Translations under genes and position numbers: made by a program
Part shown: positions 28,067-38,533 of the stretch, piece by piece
Layout of the letters: every line of letters starts with the position of its first letter
Numbering within the stretch: the stretch's first letter is position 1
Notes under the pieces: generated by a model
What the model saw: the letters and a program-made list of their open reading frames with translations, nothing else
What the model was told of the DNA's origin: nothing
The model's database searches: none
Origin: Patescibacteria group bacterium
GTDB lineage: Bacteria > Patescibacteriota > Microgenomatia > Daviesbacterales > UBA10151
Assembly: GCA_038064895.1 (NCBI GenBank)
Contig: JBBTSA010000009.1
Coordinates: 13,595 to 77,594 of the forward strand
Direction: 5' to 3'
DNA length: 64,000 nt

Positions 28067-29035
28067 TTAAATCTTTCTTCTTTCAATTATTTCACCCACA
28101 ACAATTTGCATAACTACTGCAATTGGTACAGCAAGAATAGCTCCCCCAATTCCAAGAAGTCTTGAACCAACTGCAATTGCCAGAATAACAACTAAAGGAT
28201 TTAAACCTACTGCCCGTTTCATAACCTGTGGCACAATCAGATGATTCTCGAGCTGCTGAATTACAAAATACATAACCGCAACAGCAAAACCTAAGATTGG
28301 AGAAATAGTTAGTGCGATAAGAACAGAAGGTATTGCTGAAACTATTGGTCCTATAACGGGTATAACCTCCAGTATACCGGCAACCACAGCAAGCGGTAGG
28401 GCATACGGGATCCCTAAACTAATAAGTCCTATATAAGAGAGGGTACCTATAATCAAACTTAAAGCTAATTGTCCTCTAAACCAACCGCCTAATTTTTCCT
28501 CAATTTGCACAATTAATTTTTTTACTCTCTCTTGTCTACCTATAAAAAGGGATGCAAATCTGCTTTCCACGTTTTCCCGTTCCAGCAGCAAATAATAAGT
28601 TACAACAAGTAAAAATACTATGGTCAATAAATTATCAAATATTGCGAGTGTTACAGAAAATACATTTTGTGAAAGAGAAGTAAGTTGAGACTGAAGGATA
28701 GATTTATCAATACCTGCAATATTAAATATTTGGGCAAAAATGGGAGGAAGTGTAACAACCAACCTGCTAGTTTCTTCAATAAGAGGTGGTAGGATAATTG
28801 CAAATAGACCTGATACACAAGCTATTATAATAATGTAGGTTATAGCAATTCCTAGTGCCTTAGGAAGTTTTAGTTTGGTGAAGAATTTCACCAAAGGTGA
28901 GAGGGCAGACATTAAAATTAATGCTACAAACAAAATAAGTAATAAATCCCTTATTAGGAAAATTGCCCAAAGTGCTACTATAAATACAGCAATAAAAATA
29001 ATTGTTCTGTGGGAAATATCAATTTTCTGTAGCAT
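28067..29035 (-). CDS. AI-2E family transporter (PerM-like)
   Basis: RGQL, IPVIGP, QQLENHLIVP, GLNPL. Confidence 0.9.
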   Translation of the reverse strand: MLQKIDISHRTIIFIAVFIVALWAIFLIRDLLLILFVALILMSALSPLVKFFTKLKLPKALGIAITYIIIIACVSGLFAIILPPLIEETSRLVVTLPPIFAQIFNIAGIDKSILQSQLTSLSQNVFSVTLAIFDNLLTIVFLLVVTYYLLLERENVESRFASLFIGRQERVKKLIVQIEEKLGGWFRGQLALSLIIGTLSYIGLISLGIPYALPLAVVAGILEVIPVIGPIVSAIPSVLIALTISPILGFAVAVMYFVIQQLENHLIVPQVMKRAVGLNPLVVILAIAVGSRLLGIGGAILAVPIAVVMQIVVGEIIERRKI

Positions 29036-29982
29036 CAAGTTCGATAATACCATTTAGATACTTTTTTTTCTACTTTTTGAATGTATCCTTTTTCACTAAT
29101 ATCAAACCAATGTATTCTTTTTTCTTTCTTAAAGTACGTTAGCTGCCTGCGGACAAATCCATGGATTCTGTTCTGCATAATCTCGGTAAGTGAGTCGATA
29201 TCTTTAATTACTCTTTCTAAATAATCAGCTAATATACCATATTCTAATCCAAGCTCCCTCATTCTTTTAAAAGTTAAACCCTTCTTATGTAACTTCTTTG
29301 TTTCTTCAACCATTCCCTGCTTTATTCTGCTAAATACCCCCTCATCTACTCTTTTATAAAGAAAATCTCTTGGTGCAGTTAAACCAATTTTTAATACCTC
29401 ATAACTGGGTGGTTGGAATTTTACTGGTACATCAGATGTAGCTAATTCTATAGCCCGAACTAATCTCCTTGGATTTTGTTTATCTGATGCATTTAAAGAC
29501 TGCCATTTTTGTGAAGATACTTTTTTTAATTTTTCCTGCAAACTTATAAGAGATACTTTTTCAAGATTTTTTCTCTTTCTGAAATCTATCGGCACTGCTA
29601 AGTTAGGTAATCCTTCTGCCAGGGCTTTTATGTACAGTCCGGTTCCCCCTACTATAATTGGAAGCTTGTCTCTATTGTGTACCTCCTTAACAATTTTTTC
29701 AGCTTTTTTCACATAATCAGCTACTGTGTACTGGACTCTTGGATTTACAACATCATACATCCAGATATTTACCCCATCTATTTCCCACCACCCTCTTCTT
29801 ATTTTGACATTTGACATTTGAGATTTGAGATTTGAGATTTTACCAGTACCTATATCCAAGCCTCTGTATACTTGTCTTGAATCACAAGAAACAAGTTCCC
29901 CGTTAAATTTTTTAGCCAAGCTTAAGGCTAAATCAGTTTTACCGGTTGCAGTGGGGCCTAAAATTACTAAAAGTTTATTCAT
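29035..29982 (-). CDS. miaA: tRNA dimethylallyltransferase
   Basis: GPTATGKT, DSRQVY..LDIGTGK, VGGTGLY, RRQLTYF. Confidence 0.95.
   Translation of the reverse strand: MNKLLVILGPTATGKTDLALSLAKKFNGELVSCDSRQVYRGLDIGTGKISNLKSQMSNVKIRRGWWEIDGVNIWMYDVVNPRVQYTVADYVKKAEKIVKEVHNRDKLPIIVGGTGLYIKALAEGLPNLAVPIDFRKRKNLEKVSLISLQEKLKKVSSQKWQSLNASDKQNPRRLVRAIELATSDVPVKFQPPSYEVLKIGLTAPRDFLYKRVDEGVFSRIKQGMVEETKKLHKKGLTFKRMRELGLEYGILADYLERVIKDIDSLTEIMQNRIHGFVRRQLTYFKKEKRIHWFDISEKGYIQKVEKKVSKWYYRT
29803..29840. repeat. heptamer tandem repeat (TTTGAC/GA)x5 in frame in miaA
   Basis: encodes KISNLKSQMSNVK immediately after IGTG. Confidence 0.85.
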
Positions 29983-30004
29983 TTGGATATAATAAGGCTT
30001 ACCC

Positions 30005-31147
30005 ATGAAGAAAGCCATCATCTTATTCTTTTACATTCCAGCTGGTCTTTTGATTTTTTATTTTAATTTCTTCCTTCCTCCCCATCAGGAACAGTTTATC
30101 AGCCTAGCTTCTTCCTTTTTACAAGGCAAACTATATTTTCTTTCTCCTGTTTTTGATGCCTCATTTTTTGAAAACCAATATTTTTGGCCGCTGGGTCCTT
30201 TTCCGGCAATTCTTTTGATGCCATTTGTCTTTCTTTCTGGAGGGTCAATAACACAGGGGTATTTACTATTTTTTCTAAACATATTTAACCTATTTTTGCT
30301 TTATAGAATTTCTAAGAAAGTTTCCGGAAATTCTACAACCTCAATTGTAATAAGTTTTGCTGTAATTTTTTCCACGGCATACTTGGGTATTGCTTTAATA
30401 CCTTGGTCTTGGTATTTTGCTCAAAGTGTCGGCTTTGGCTTAACTCTTCTAGCACTAGAAGCCTATTTTTTTAATAGGACATGGTTAATGATAGGCGTCT
30501 ATGTAGGGCTTGCTTTTGCCACAAGAGTATCTTTAATTTTTACAGTCGTTTTTTTTATATTGAGTTTACTATTTTCAGATTTACCAAAACCGAAAAAAAT
30601 TAAAAATTTTGTACTGCTTTTTTTACCGATAGTAATAACTTGCATTTTGATTGGAACTTATAATTGGGCAAGATTTGGTAATATCTTAGAAGGCGGTTAT
30701 TCTAAGCAATTACTTGAAGGAGCTGTAGCAGAAAACCGAGCAGTTGGTCTTTGGAGCTTTGCTCATTTCCCGGCAAATCTTTATTCAATGTTTCTTAAAA
30801 TGCCTGAATCAATTTCTGTCCCTCCGTTTTTAAAAGTTGACGGCTCGGGATTGAGTTTATTAATTACCTCAAGTATTTTTATTTGGATAATATTTAGTGA
30901 TTGGAAAAACTCAAAAGTTAAATTTGCAGCTATTACCTGTTTGTTTATAATATTTTTTCTTGCCGGGAGTTTTACTAATGGATCTTGGCAATATGGTTCT
31001 CGCTATGCAATAGATTATTATCCATTTTTATTTATAATGTTACTCTATTCCTTTAAAAAAGAAGTTTCCTCTAAATTTATCGTCTTGACGGCAGTATCAT
31101 TTTTGCTGAATTTATTTTTTTTAAATCAAGTTTATAATTTATTTTAG
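30005..31147 (+). CDS. GT-C-like multi-TM glycosyltransferase
   Basis: YFWPLGPFPAILLMP, YNWARFGN, QYGSRY; about 11 TM segments. Confidence 0.7.
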   Translation: MKKAIILFFYIPAGLLIFYFNFFLPPHQEQFISLASSFLQGKLYFLSPVFDASFFENQYFWPLGPFPAILLMPFVFLSGGSITQGYLLFFLNIFNLFLLYRISKKVSGNSTTSIVISFAVIFSTAYLGIALIPWSWYFAQSVGFGLTLLALEAYFFNRTWLMIGVYVGLAFATRVSLIFTVVFFILSLLFSDLPKPKKIKNFVLLFLPIVITCILIGTYNWARFGNILEGGYSKQLLEGAVAENRAVGLWSFAHFPANLYSMFLKMPESISVPPFLKVDGSGLSLLITSSIFIWIIFSDWKNSKVKFAAITCLFIIFFLAGSFTNGSWQYGSRYAIDYYPFLFIMLLYSFKKEVSSKFIVLTAVSFLLNLFFLNQVYNLF

Positions 31148-32356
31148 ATGAAAATATTCCAGGATCGTTTTCTAATAATATTTTTGCTTTTGGGGCTTTT
31201 AATCAGGATACTTTTGGCGCCAATCCAAGGGTTTAAATTTGATGTTGATACTTGGTTTTACTGGGCTGAAAGATTAAATAGCGTAGGCCTGGATAAATTT
31301 TATTCCACTGACATTTGGACAGGTTATACCCCTGGATTTTTATACATATTGGGATTTTTAGGTTTTATCAAAAATTTATTTCAAATAGATGCGGCCCAAT
31401 TCTATAGCGTATTAAAATTTCCTTCTATTTTGGCTGAAATGGGACTCGGCATTTTAGTTTACCAAATTATCCCAAAAAATCTTTTCTGGTGGCGCAGAAC
31501 CGGATTAATATTTGTAATGTTAAATCCTTCTTTTATTTTCAACAGTGCAATTTTTGGACAGTTTGATGGTTTATTTAGTTTTACCGTATTACTGGCAGTA
31601 TATTTTTTAACTCAAAAGAAACCTCTTTATGCTTCAATTCTGGGGGGGATTTCATTTTTACTCAAACCTCAAGCCATCTTATTGGTTCCAATTTTTCTAA
31701 TTTACCTTATTAAAAATTTCTCTATTAAAAATATTTTTTTTATTATTCTTCCCGCTTTGTTAATAATATTTTTTGGCTTCTTTCCTTTTTTTATATATAA
31801 TCCTATTGCTGGCCCTATCCAGTTGGTTTCTAATCTGTTAAACTTTTACCCCTTTAGTTCAATATTTGCCTACAATTTTTGGGGTATTTTTGGATTTTGG
31901 ATTCCAGATAATACAATTTTCTTTGGTTTAAATTATCAAACTTGGGGATACATACTATTTATTTTATACTGGTCAGCAATTGCTTATTTTTACTGGAAAA
32001 AAGGGTATTTAACCTTAATGGATCTTGCAACTCTTTCAAGTTTAAGTTTCTTTTTTCTGATTACCAGAATGCATGAACGTTATTTATACCCGGGCCTAAT
32101 TTTCTTAATAATAAGCGCTTTACTTAAAAAATCCAAAGTTCTTACTTTTCTAGCAATAGTACTTAGTTTAATTTATTTACTGGACCTTTATTATGTTTAT
32201 ATCTACTACAATTATTTTTCTTTAAAATTACCTACTTCTATCTATAACTCTGCTTTATATAATTTTGCTGATAAAAATCTTCAATTTATTTCTTTCTTTT
32301 CGACATTTATTTTTCTTATAATTAGCTATATTAAAATAAATGAAAAGAAAATTTAA
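31148..32356 (+). CDS. GT-C (GT87-like) membrane glycosyltransferase
   Basis: DVDTW, YTPG, LKFP, NSAIFGQFD, KPQ, MHERY. Confidence 0.8.
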   Translation: MKIFQDRFLIIFLLLGLLIRILLAPIQGFKFDVDTWFYWAERLNSVGLDKFYSTDIWTGYTPGFLYILGFLGFIKNLFQIDAAQFYSVLKFPSILAEMGLGILVYQIIPKNLFWWRRTGLIFVMLNPSFIFNSAIFGQFDGLFSFTVLLAVYFLTQKKPLYASILGGISFLLKPQAILLVPIFLIYLIKNFSIKNIFFIILPALLIIFFGFFPFFIYNPIAGPIQLVSNLLNFYPFSSIFAYNFWGIFGFWIPDNTIFFGLNYQTWGYILFILYWSAIAYFYWKKGYLTLMDLATLSSLSFFFLITRMHERYLYPGLIFLIISALLKKSKVLTFLAIVLSLIYLLDLYYVYIYYNYFSLKLPTSIYNSALYNFADKNLQFISFFSTFIFLIISYIKINEKKI

Positions 32357-33551
32357 TCCAAACTTAATTCTAATTTTAATTTTGTTAGTTACTGCATTTT
32401 TGCGCTTGGTTCGTCTTGATTTTCCCAATCAATATGTTTTTGATGAAGTTTATCATGCCTATACAGCCAAGGAATATTTAAAAGGCAATAAAGATGCCTG
32501 GAGCCCCTGGGGCAAATCAGAACCAGGTGTTGCTTTTGAATGGTTACATCCGCCTATTGAGAAGGAAATAATGACTGCATCGATGTTTCTATTTAGAAGT
32601 ACTGATGCCTGGGCCTGGAGATTACCCGGAGTGCTCCTTGGGATTTTAGCAGTATATTTAGTCTATAAATTAGCACATATTCTTCTTAAAAATGAGGTTG
32701 CTGCATTATTTTCTAGTTTCTTCTTCTCTGTTGACGGGTTAGTTTTCGTCCAATCTAGAACCGGGATGAACGATGTTTATCTGGTAACTTTTGTCTTAGC
32801 AAGTGTTATCTTTTTTTTAAAAAAAAAGTACCTCTTAGCTGCCCTCTTAATGGGAGTGGCTTGTGCCACCAAATGGCCTGGCGTTTTTTTGGCAATAATA
32901 TACTTCCCATTCCTTCTTACTAAACATCAACCTAAAAAAATCATTCTTTTTATTTTAGTCCCCCTAGCTATCTATCTTTTAAGCTATCTTCCCTATTTTT
33001 TACTTGGATACAAACTGGGCGATTTTATAGAATTACATAGACAGATCTGGTGGTATCAGACCAACCTTAAAGCTACTCATGATTATGCATCTGCTTGGTG
33101 GTCCTGGCCCCTAAATTTATACCCTGTTTGGTACTTTGTAGATTATAAGGATCAAAGAATTACAAATATATTTGCATCAGGCAACTTGGTTGTTTTTTGG
33201 ACCGGAACTGCTGCTTTGATTTTGACTATATGGGAAACGTTTAGAAAAAAGTCTCTTAGTTTATTTATCATCGTTTTAGGTTTTTTGGTATTTTGGTTAC
33301 CTTGGTCCGTATCTCCAAGAATTATGTTTTTATATCATTTCTCACCATCTGTGCCATTTCTTACTTTGGCACTGGGTCATAAGTTGAGTTTATTTTTTGA
33401 GGATAAAAAGCACCGCAAATTTGTAATTCTTTTGCTTATTTTAATGATAACAAACTTTGTGATCATTTATCCTTTTCTTATTGGAATACCAATCCATAAA
33501 GATTTGGTAAATTTCTTTTTCCTGACTAATTTATCCAAGAACCCTTTTTAG
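32340..33551 (+). CDS. polyprenol-phosphate-mannose:protein O-mannosyltransferase (GT39/PMT)
   Basis: VFDEVYH, HPP, WAWRLP, SRTGMND, HDYASAWWSWP, GN, MFLYH. Confidence 0.85.
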   Translation: MKRKFNPNLILILILLVTAFLRLVRLDFPNQYVFDEVYHAYTAKEYLKGNKDAWSPWGKSEPGVAFEWLHPPIEKEIMTASMFLFRSTDAWAWRLPGVLLGILAVYLVYKLAHILLKNEVAALFSSFFFSVDGLVFVQSRTGMNDVYLVTFVLASVIFFLKKKYLLAALLMGVACATKWPGVFLAIIYFPFLLTKHQPKKIILFILVPLAIYLLSYLPYFLLGYKLGDFIELHRQIWWYQTNLKATHDYASAWWSWPLNLYPVWYFVDYKDQRITNIFASGNLVVFWTGTAALILTIWETFRKKSLSLFIIVLGFLVFWLPWSVSPRIMFLYHFSPSVPFLTLALGHKLSLFFEDKKHRKFVILLLILMITNFVIIYPFLIGIPIHKDLVNFFFLTNLSKNPF

Positions 33552-33555
33552 CTTT

Positions 33556-34341
33556 TTAAGAAGACGCAGAGGAATACTGTTTTAAAGATAAGTTCCAAAT
33601 TTTTAGAGAAATAAACAAGAGCGAAATTGCAAAGCCAATCGCATAAGTTATATTAAATGGTAAAAGTTGTCCAAGTAATGATTTTGTAGGATAACTCATC
33701 ATAATCCCTACCGGTATAATAAATGTCAAAAATCCACGTATTGGTTCCATATAAATATCAATAGGCATCCTACCCATTGCTGCTATATCTCTATAGACCA
33801 TTACGGCATGATCAATTTCTGTTGTTACAACAGCTAAAGATAAAACCATAATATGAAAAGCAAGGGCAATTATAAATCCTATTGCTATCAGTAGAAAATA
33901 TAATGAGATTGCAAGAGGATCAGTAATATTTAAACGGTTAATAAAATAACCTATTGCAAAAATAAGAGGAATTAAAGTTATAAAATCTATAAAATCAGGA
34001 CCACATGCAAGTGCTCTAAACAAAGGACTGATTGGTTTTATAAGATAAAAGTCAAATGTGCCCATTACTATTGCGGGTCTGAATCTATATACTTCTCTAA
34101 AGAAAAGCTGTGCCAAAATATCAACCAAATTAAAAGATAGGAAAAATAAAATCGTCTCATCCAAACTATAACCTGCCAGTACAGTTGTCTTTTTAACCAA
34201 AATTACAATAAACAGTGTAAATATTGCAAAACGAAGTATTTTTACCAGCAAAAATACTGCCAAAGCCCATCTTACCACCATCTGAACTTGAAAAGAATTT
34301 AGTGCATAAAGCCACCAAATTTTTAGATATTTTAAAATCAT
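33556..34341 (-). CDS. ABC-2 family permease (DUF990-like)
   Basis: GTFDFYLIKP, MPIDIY, YSSASS C-terminus. Confidence 0.85.
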   Translation of the reverse strand: MILKYLKIWWLYALNSFQVQMVVRWALAVFLLVKILRFAIFTLFIVILVKKTTVLAGYSLDETILFFLSFNLVDILAQLFFREVYRFRPAIVMGTFDFYLIKPISPLFRALACGPDFIDFITLIPLIFAIGYFINRLNITDPLAISLYFLLIAIGFIIALAFHIMVLSLAVVTTEIDHAVMVYRDIAAMGRMPIDIYMEPIRGFLTFIIPVGIMMSYPTKSLLGQLLPFNITYAIGFAISLLFISLKIWNLSLKQYSSASS

Positions 34342-34342
34342 G

Positions 34343-35137
34343 TCAGTATCCTACTGCTGTATAGCTCTTAAGCCCCATATCAAGAACCCATTTGATTAAA
34401 AACCATAAGATTATTACCCAGAAGAATAAAACGGAAAAACCAAAAAGTAGCTCATTACCCATCATTGTTCCTAAATATAATTTCGATGGAAAATAGATTA
34501 AGTATGGAAAAGGAGTTAACATAAGTATTTTGAAAATTGGATTCGGTAAAATATCTATTGGAAAAAGACCGCCGCCGAAACCTTCTAAAATTATAGTCAT
34601 CATAAAAATAAATGCCCATGAACTTTCTACCCAAAAAGCTAAAAGTGAAACAATAAAACTTATGCAAAAATAAATAATGATCCCAGCTATTGCTGCTAAA
34701 ATAGTAAGTAGCAAAATATTTAAGTTTGCTTGAATAATTATTTGTGGTTTTAATAAAAATATCAGCAAAGATATTTCGAAAATAACGAAAGCTATATTAA
34801 GTAGCTTATCTGCAATATCACGTATAAAATAAAACTTAATAAAACTTAGAGGTTTTACTAAAAAATTTACAATTGATCCATCATTTATTTGATTTGCCAA
34901 ATCTGAAGCTCTTGATGATAAAATAATAGCCCTCATTAAAGCAGCAATCATAATATAGGTTAAAATGGTTTTTTGCGTATATCCAAAAACATCATCCCTG
35001 CCTTGAAAAACACTCCACCATATAAAATATATAAGAAGCAGCTGCAGAACAGAACGTATTCTCCAAAGTATAAAATTTAATCTATACACTAAACTATTTT
35101 CCCAAGAGATTTTGAATATTGTCCAATATTTGCTCAT
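34343..35137 (-). CDS. ABC-2 family permease (DUF990-like)
   Basis: INDGSIVNFLVKP, GGGLFPIDILP. Confidence 0.85.
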   Translation of the reverse strand: MSKYWTIFKISWENSLVYRLNFILWRIRSVLQLLLIYFIWWSVFQGRDDVFGYTQKTILTYIMIAALMRAIILSSRASDLANQINDGSIVNFLVKPLSFIKFYFIRDIADKLLNIAFVIFEISLLIFLLKPQIIIQANLNILLLTILAAIAGIIIYFCISFIVSLLAFWVESSWAFIFMMTIILEGFGGGLFPIDILPNPIFKILMLTPFPYLIYFPSKLYLGTMMGNELLFGFSVLFFWVIILWFLIKWVLDMGLKSYTAVGY

Positions 35138-35152
35138 TTGTGAATAAAAATT

Positions 35153-36130
35153 TTACATACCGCGAGCGAAGATGGTCCTTATAATATCTTCAATTGATGG
35201 ATCTTCAATGGTTAAATCAGACACGGGAAACTTAGTTAATAACTTACTGGATCTTTTAGCCACTTCGTTGATTGGTACATGGATATCGGCATGTAATCCA
35301 TCAAACCGCTCTATTTGACCAACAGCTTCAAGTTTTACTCTATCTACAAATTTTATAAAATCTACTTTGATAAGTTTATGTGTTGAAAACTGTTGGACAA
35401 TATTTTCTAATAATCCATCATATAGAATTCTCCCCTCGTCTATAATGATGACTCTTTTACAAAGCTCACGAACATCAGCCATATAATGTGAAGTCAGAAT
35501 TATCGTTGCTCGGAATTTCTGGTTATATTTCTTGATAAAATCTCTCATATTTTTTTGTGCAACAACATCCAAACCAATCGTGGGCTCATCTAAAAATAAT
35601 ATCTTTGGCGAATGCAGCAAAGAAGCAATAAGTTCGCATTTCATTCTTTGACCTAAGGATAACTTTCTTACTTGTACTTTTAAGATATCGTCTACTTGAA
35701 GTATTTTGGATAATTCACGAACTACTTTTTTAAACTTCTCATCCGGCACTTCGTAAATTTCTTTGTTTAAGATAAAACTTTCCATTGGAGGTAAATCCCA
35801 CCAAAGCTGATTTTTTTGACCCATGATTAAGGAAAATTGTTTTTGAAATGCGGACTGTCTTTTAAATGGTTCAAAACCTAGAACCTCTATCTCTCCAGAA
35901 GTTGGATATAAAAGGCCTGATAATACTTTTAACGTGGTTGTTTTACCAGCTCCATTAGGACCAATAAAACCTACAAGTTCTCCTTCTTCAATTTTAAAAG
36001 AAACCCCATCAACTGCCTTAACATTATAATATGTACGGTTAAAAAAGGATTTTATAGAGGCCCAAAAACCCGGTTCTTTTTGATGGACCCGATAATATTT
36101 TTTTAGATTCTTTACGGAGATTATACCCAC
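35153..36130 (-). CDS. ABC transporter ATP-binding protein
   Basis: GPNGAGKT, QLWWDLP, LSLGQRMK, LDEPTIGLD. Confidence 0.93.
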   Translation of the reverse strand: MGIISVKNLKKYYRVHQKEPGFWASIKSFFNRTYYNVKAVDGVSFKIEEGELVGFIGPNGAGKTTTLKVLSGLLYPTSGEIEVLGFEPFKRQSAFQKQFSLIMGQKNQLWWDLPPMESFILNKEIYEVPDEKFKKVVRELSKILQVDDILKVQVRKLSLGQRMKCELIASLLHSPKILFLDEPTIGLDVVAQKNMRDFIKKYNQKFRATIILTSHYMADVRELCKRVIIIDEGRILYDGLLENIVQQFSTHKLIKVDFIKFVDRVKLEAVGQIERFDGLHADIHVPINEVAKRSSKLLTKFPVSDLTIEDPSIEDIIRTIFARGM

Positions 36131-36163
36131 AAATAGATTATACCAACAACCAAAGAAGGCGGC

Positions 36164-36436
36164 TCACTTGACCAAACGCTTCAATGTCTTTCCTGCTGTA
36201 AAACCTGGAGTTTTTTTGTTGGGGATTTGTATTGTTTCTCCTGTTTGAGGATTCCTACCTCTTCTTGCAGCTCTAGCTCTTATAAGGAAAGTACCAAAAC
36301 CTGTCACTACAATCTTTTCTCCTCTCACAAGTCCATCTCTAATTAAATTAAATGTGGAATTTACACTATCTGCAGCCGCTCGTTTTGTTAAATTTGCCTT
36401 CTTTGCAACTTTCTCAATGAGTTCCTTTTTAGTCAT
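36164..36436 (-). CDS. hup: DNA-binding protein HU
   Basis: GFGTF..RAARRGRNPQTGE. Confidence 0.96.
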   Translation of the reverse strand: MTKKELIEKVAKKANLTKRAAADSVNSTFNLIRDGLVRGEKIVVTGFGTFLIRARAARRGRNPQTGETIQIPNKKTPGFTAGKTLKRLVK

Positions 36437-36474
36437 AGGACGTTTATATCAAAAGATTAGGCTTTTGTAAAGAC

Positions 36475-37821
36475 CTAAACAGTCATCACAGTTTCTGTTG
36501 CCCTTGTTTCTCTTATTGCTGTAATTTTTACAGCTCCCGGAACCATTACTTCTTTTGAAATTCTCTCTGCAATATCATGCACCAATTTAGGGAGCTCATC
36601 GTCTGTAATTTTTTCCGGAACTACAATTACTCTTACTTCTCTTCCTGCTTGTATAGCAAATGCCTTCTCAACTCCCTCAAAGGAGGTTACAATTTTTTCT
36701 ATATCATCCATTCTTTCTATATAATCCTCAACATTTTCATGCCTTGCCCCTGGTCTTCCTCCGGAAATTGCATCAGCAATGTATACCAATATAGATTCAA
36801 TTGAGGAAAAAGGGTTATCCTCATGATGTTCTGCAATACAGTTTATAACTTCTTGGGGCATATGGAATTTCTTGGCAACTTGTACTCCTTTTTCAACATG
36901 AGTCCCCTCATCACCTTCTGTCACAACCTTACCCACATCATGGAGTAAACAACCGAGTCTGACCACATTGGCGTCTGCCCCAATTGCTTTAGCCAGGGCA
37001 ACACCTATTCTGGTTTCTTCCAGTGTATGTTGGATTAGATTTTGACCAAATGAAAATCTATATTTAAAACGTCCCAACAAAGTTACAAGTTCTGCAGGCA
37101 AATTATAAACTCCTGCATCCTTGCAAAGTTTTTCCCCTTCCTCAAGCATGATCTTTTCAAAGTCTTGTTTTGTTTTTTCAACAATTTCCTCAATTCTTTG
37201 AGGCTGAATTCTGCCATCAGCAATAAGTCTTTCCAGTGCAACTCTTGCAATTTCCCGTCTAACAGAGTCAAATGATGAAAGAATTAAACTATTGGGTATT
37301 TCATCATCCATGATTACATCAACTCCTGTTGCTTGTTCAAATGTCCTTATATTTCTTCCTTCTTTTCCGATGATTCTTCCTTTAACCTCTTCATCCTGCA
37401 ACTTTATTCTTGAGGTTGTAAATTCTGAAATATAATCTGTAAAACCATGTTGCATAGCTTCAGTTAAAATCTCTTTTGCTCTCTCATTTGCTTGCAGTTT
37501 TATTTCTTCCTCTGCCTCAATCACCTTTTTGGATATCTCAACAGATAAATCTTTATCTACTTGTTCAAGCAGAATCTTTTTTGCCTCATCGGCAGACATT
37601 TTTGCGGATTTTTCAAGCTTATCTACTAAATCTTTTCTGGCTTTCTCAAGCTGTTCGAGTTTTTCATCAACGAGTTTTTGTTTTTCAACAATCTGCCTTT
37701 CACGCTCTTCTAAAATACCTTCGCGTTTTGCCTGCTCCGCCGCAAGGCGAGCAAGTTCTGTTGAATCAATACCAGAAGGAGCACCGCTAATTTGCGATTT
37801 AGGACCAAATGTTCTTTGCAT
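36475..37821 (-). CDS. rny: ribonuclease Y
   Basis: KH motif KGRIIGKEGRNIR, HD motif LLHDVGK, RPGAR, AIQAGREVRV. Confidence 0.95.
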   Translation of the reverse strand: MQRTFGPKSQISGAPSGIDSTELARLAAEQAKREGILEERERQIVEKQKLVDEKLEQLEKARKDLVDKLEKSAKMSADEAKKILLEQVDKDLSVEISKKVIEAEEEIKLQANERAKEILTEAMQHGFTDYISEFTTSRIKLQDEEVKGRIIGKEGRNIRTFEQATGVDVIMDDEIPNSLILSSFDSVRREIARVALERLIADGRIQPQRIEEIVEKTKQDFEKIMLEEGEKLCKDAGVYNLPAELVTLLGRFKYRFSFGQNLIQHTLEETRIGVALAKAIGADANVVRLGCLLHDVGKVVTEGDEGTHVEKGVQVAKKFHMPQEVINCIAEHHEDNPFSSIESILVYIADAISGGRPGARHENVEDYIERMDDIEKIVTSFEGVEKAFAIQAGREVRVIVVPEKITDDELPKLVHDIAERISKEVMVPGAVKITAIRETRATETVMTV

Positions 37822-37851
37822 TATCAGTAGCCTCTTTCATATGGCAGTATT

Positions 37852-38517
37852 CTACATCTTTCTGAAAAAATTTTCAATGACGCTCTTGACAACTTCGTAT
37901 TCAAACCCTCTTCTTAAAAGGTATTCATAGCTCTTTTTCTTGAGTTCTAATGGGGATAGATTCTTCCATCTATCAATTTTCTTTTGTAAAAGTTTTTCCG
38001 CTGTTTCCTGATTGTTGACTGACGACTGTTGACTGACGACTTCTGCAATAATCTCCCTATTAATCCCTTTTTGTAAAAGTTCCTGCTTTATTCTTCGAGA
38101 GCCATATTTTCTTAATCTGCTTTCCATCCATGCAATGGCAAATTGCTTATCATCCAACATTCCTTTCTTCTTCATTAATTGAACGACCGCATCAACAATA
38201 AAAATACTCATTTCCCCTTCCCCTTTTATTTTTCTTTTAAATGACAGATTTTTAAGATAATCTCTAACTTCTTTTTCAGACCTTTGTCTGATTGTAAATA
38301 ATCGATACATTCTTTCCATTAGTTTTCCGACTTCTGCTTCTTGTAGAAGTTTTTCCAGATCATCTGGGGAGATTTCTTTACCAGCAACCAGCCGGTGATC
38401 AACTATCAAATCTTCATCAGCTCCAAAAGCAAAAATACCATCAAGATAAATATTAAATCTATGGGTCCGCCGGCTGGCGGATTTCTTTTGCGGTTCAACT
38501 GAAGTAACTTTGGGCAT
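37852..38517 (-). CDS. recX: regulatory protein RecX
   Basis: RSEKE, LDDKQFA, GSRRIKQEL..KG, LLRRGF; follows recA. Confidence 0.88.
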   Translation of the reverse strand: MPKVTSVEPQKKSASRRTHRFNIYLDGIFAFGADEDLIVDHRLVAGKEISPDDLEKLLQEAEVGKLMERMYRLFTIRQRSEKEVRDYLKNLSFKRKIKGEGEMSIFIVDAVVQLMKKKGMLDDKQFAIAWMESRLRKYGSRRIKQELLQKGINREIIAEVVSQQSSVNNQETAEKLLQKKIDRWKNLSPLELKKKSYEYLLRRGFEYEVVKSVIENFFRKM

Positions 38518-38533
38518 TACAGGAGCAGGATCC

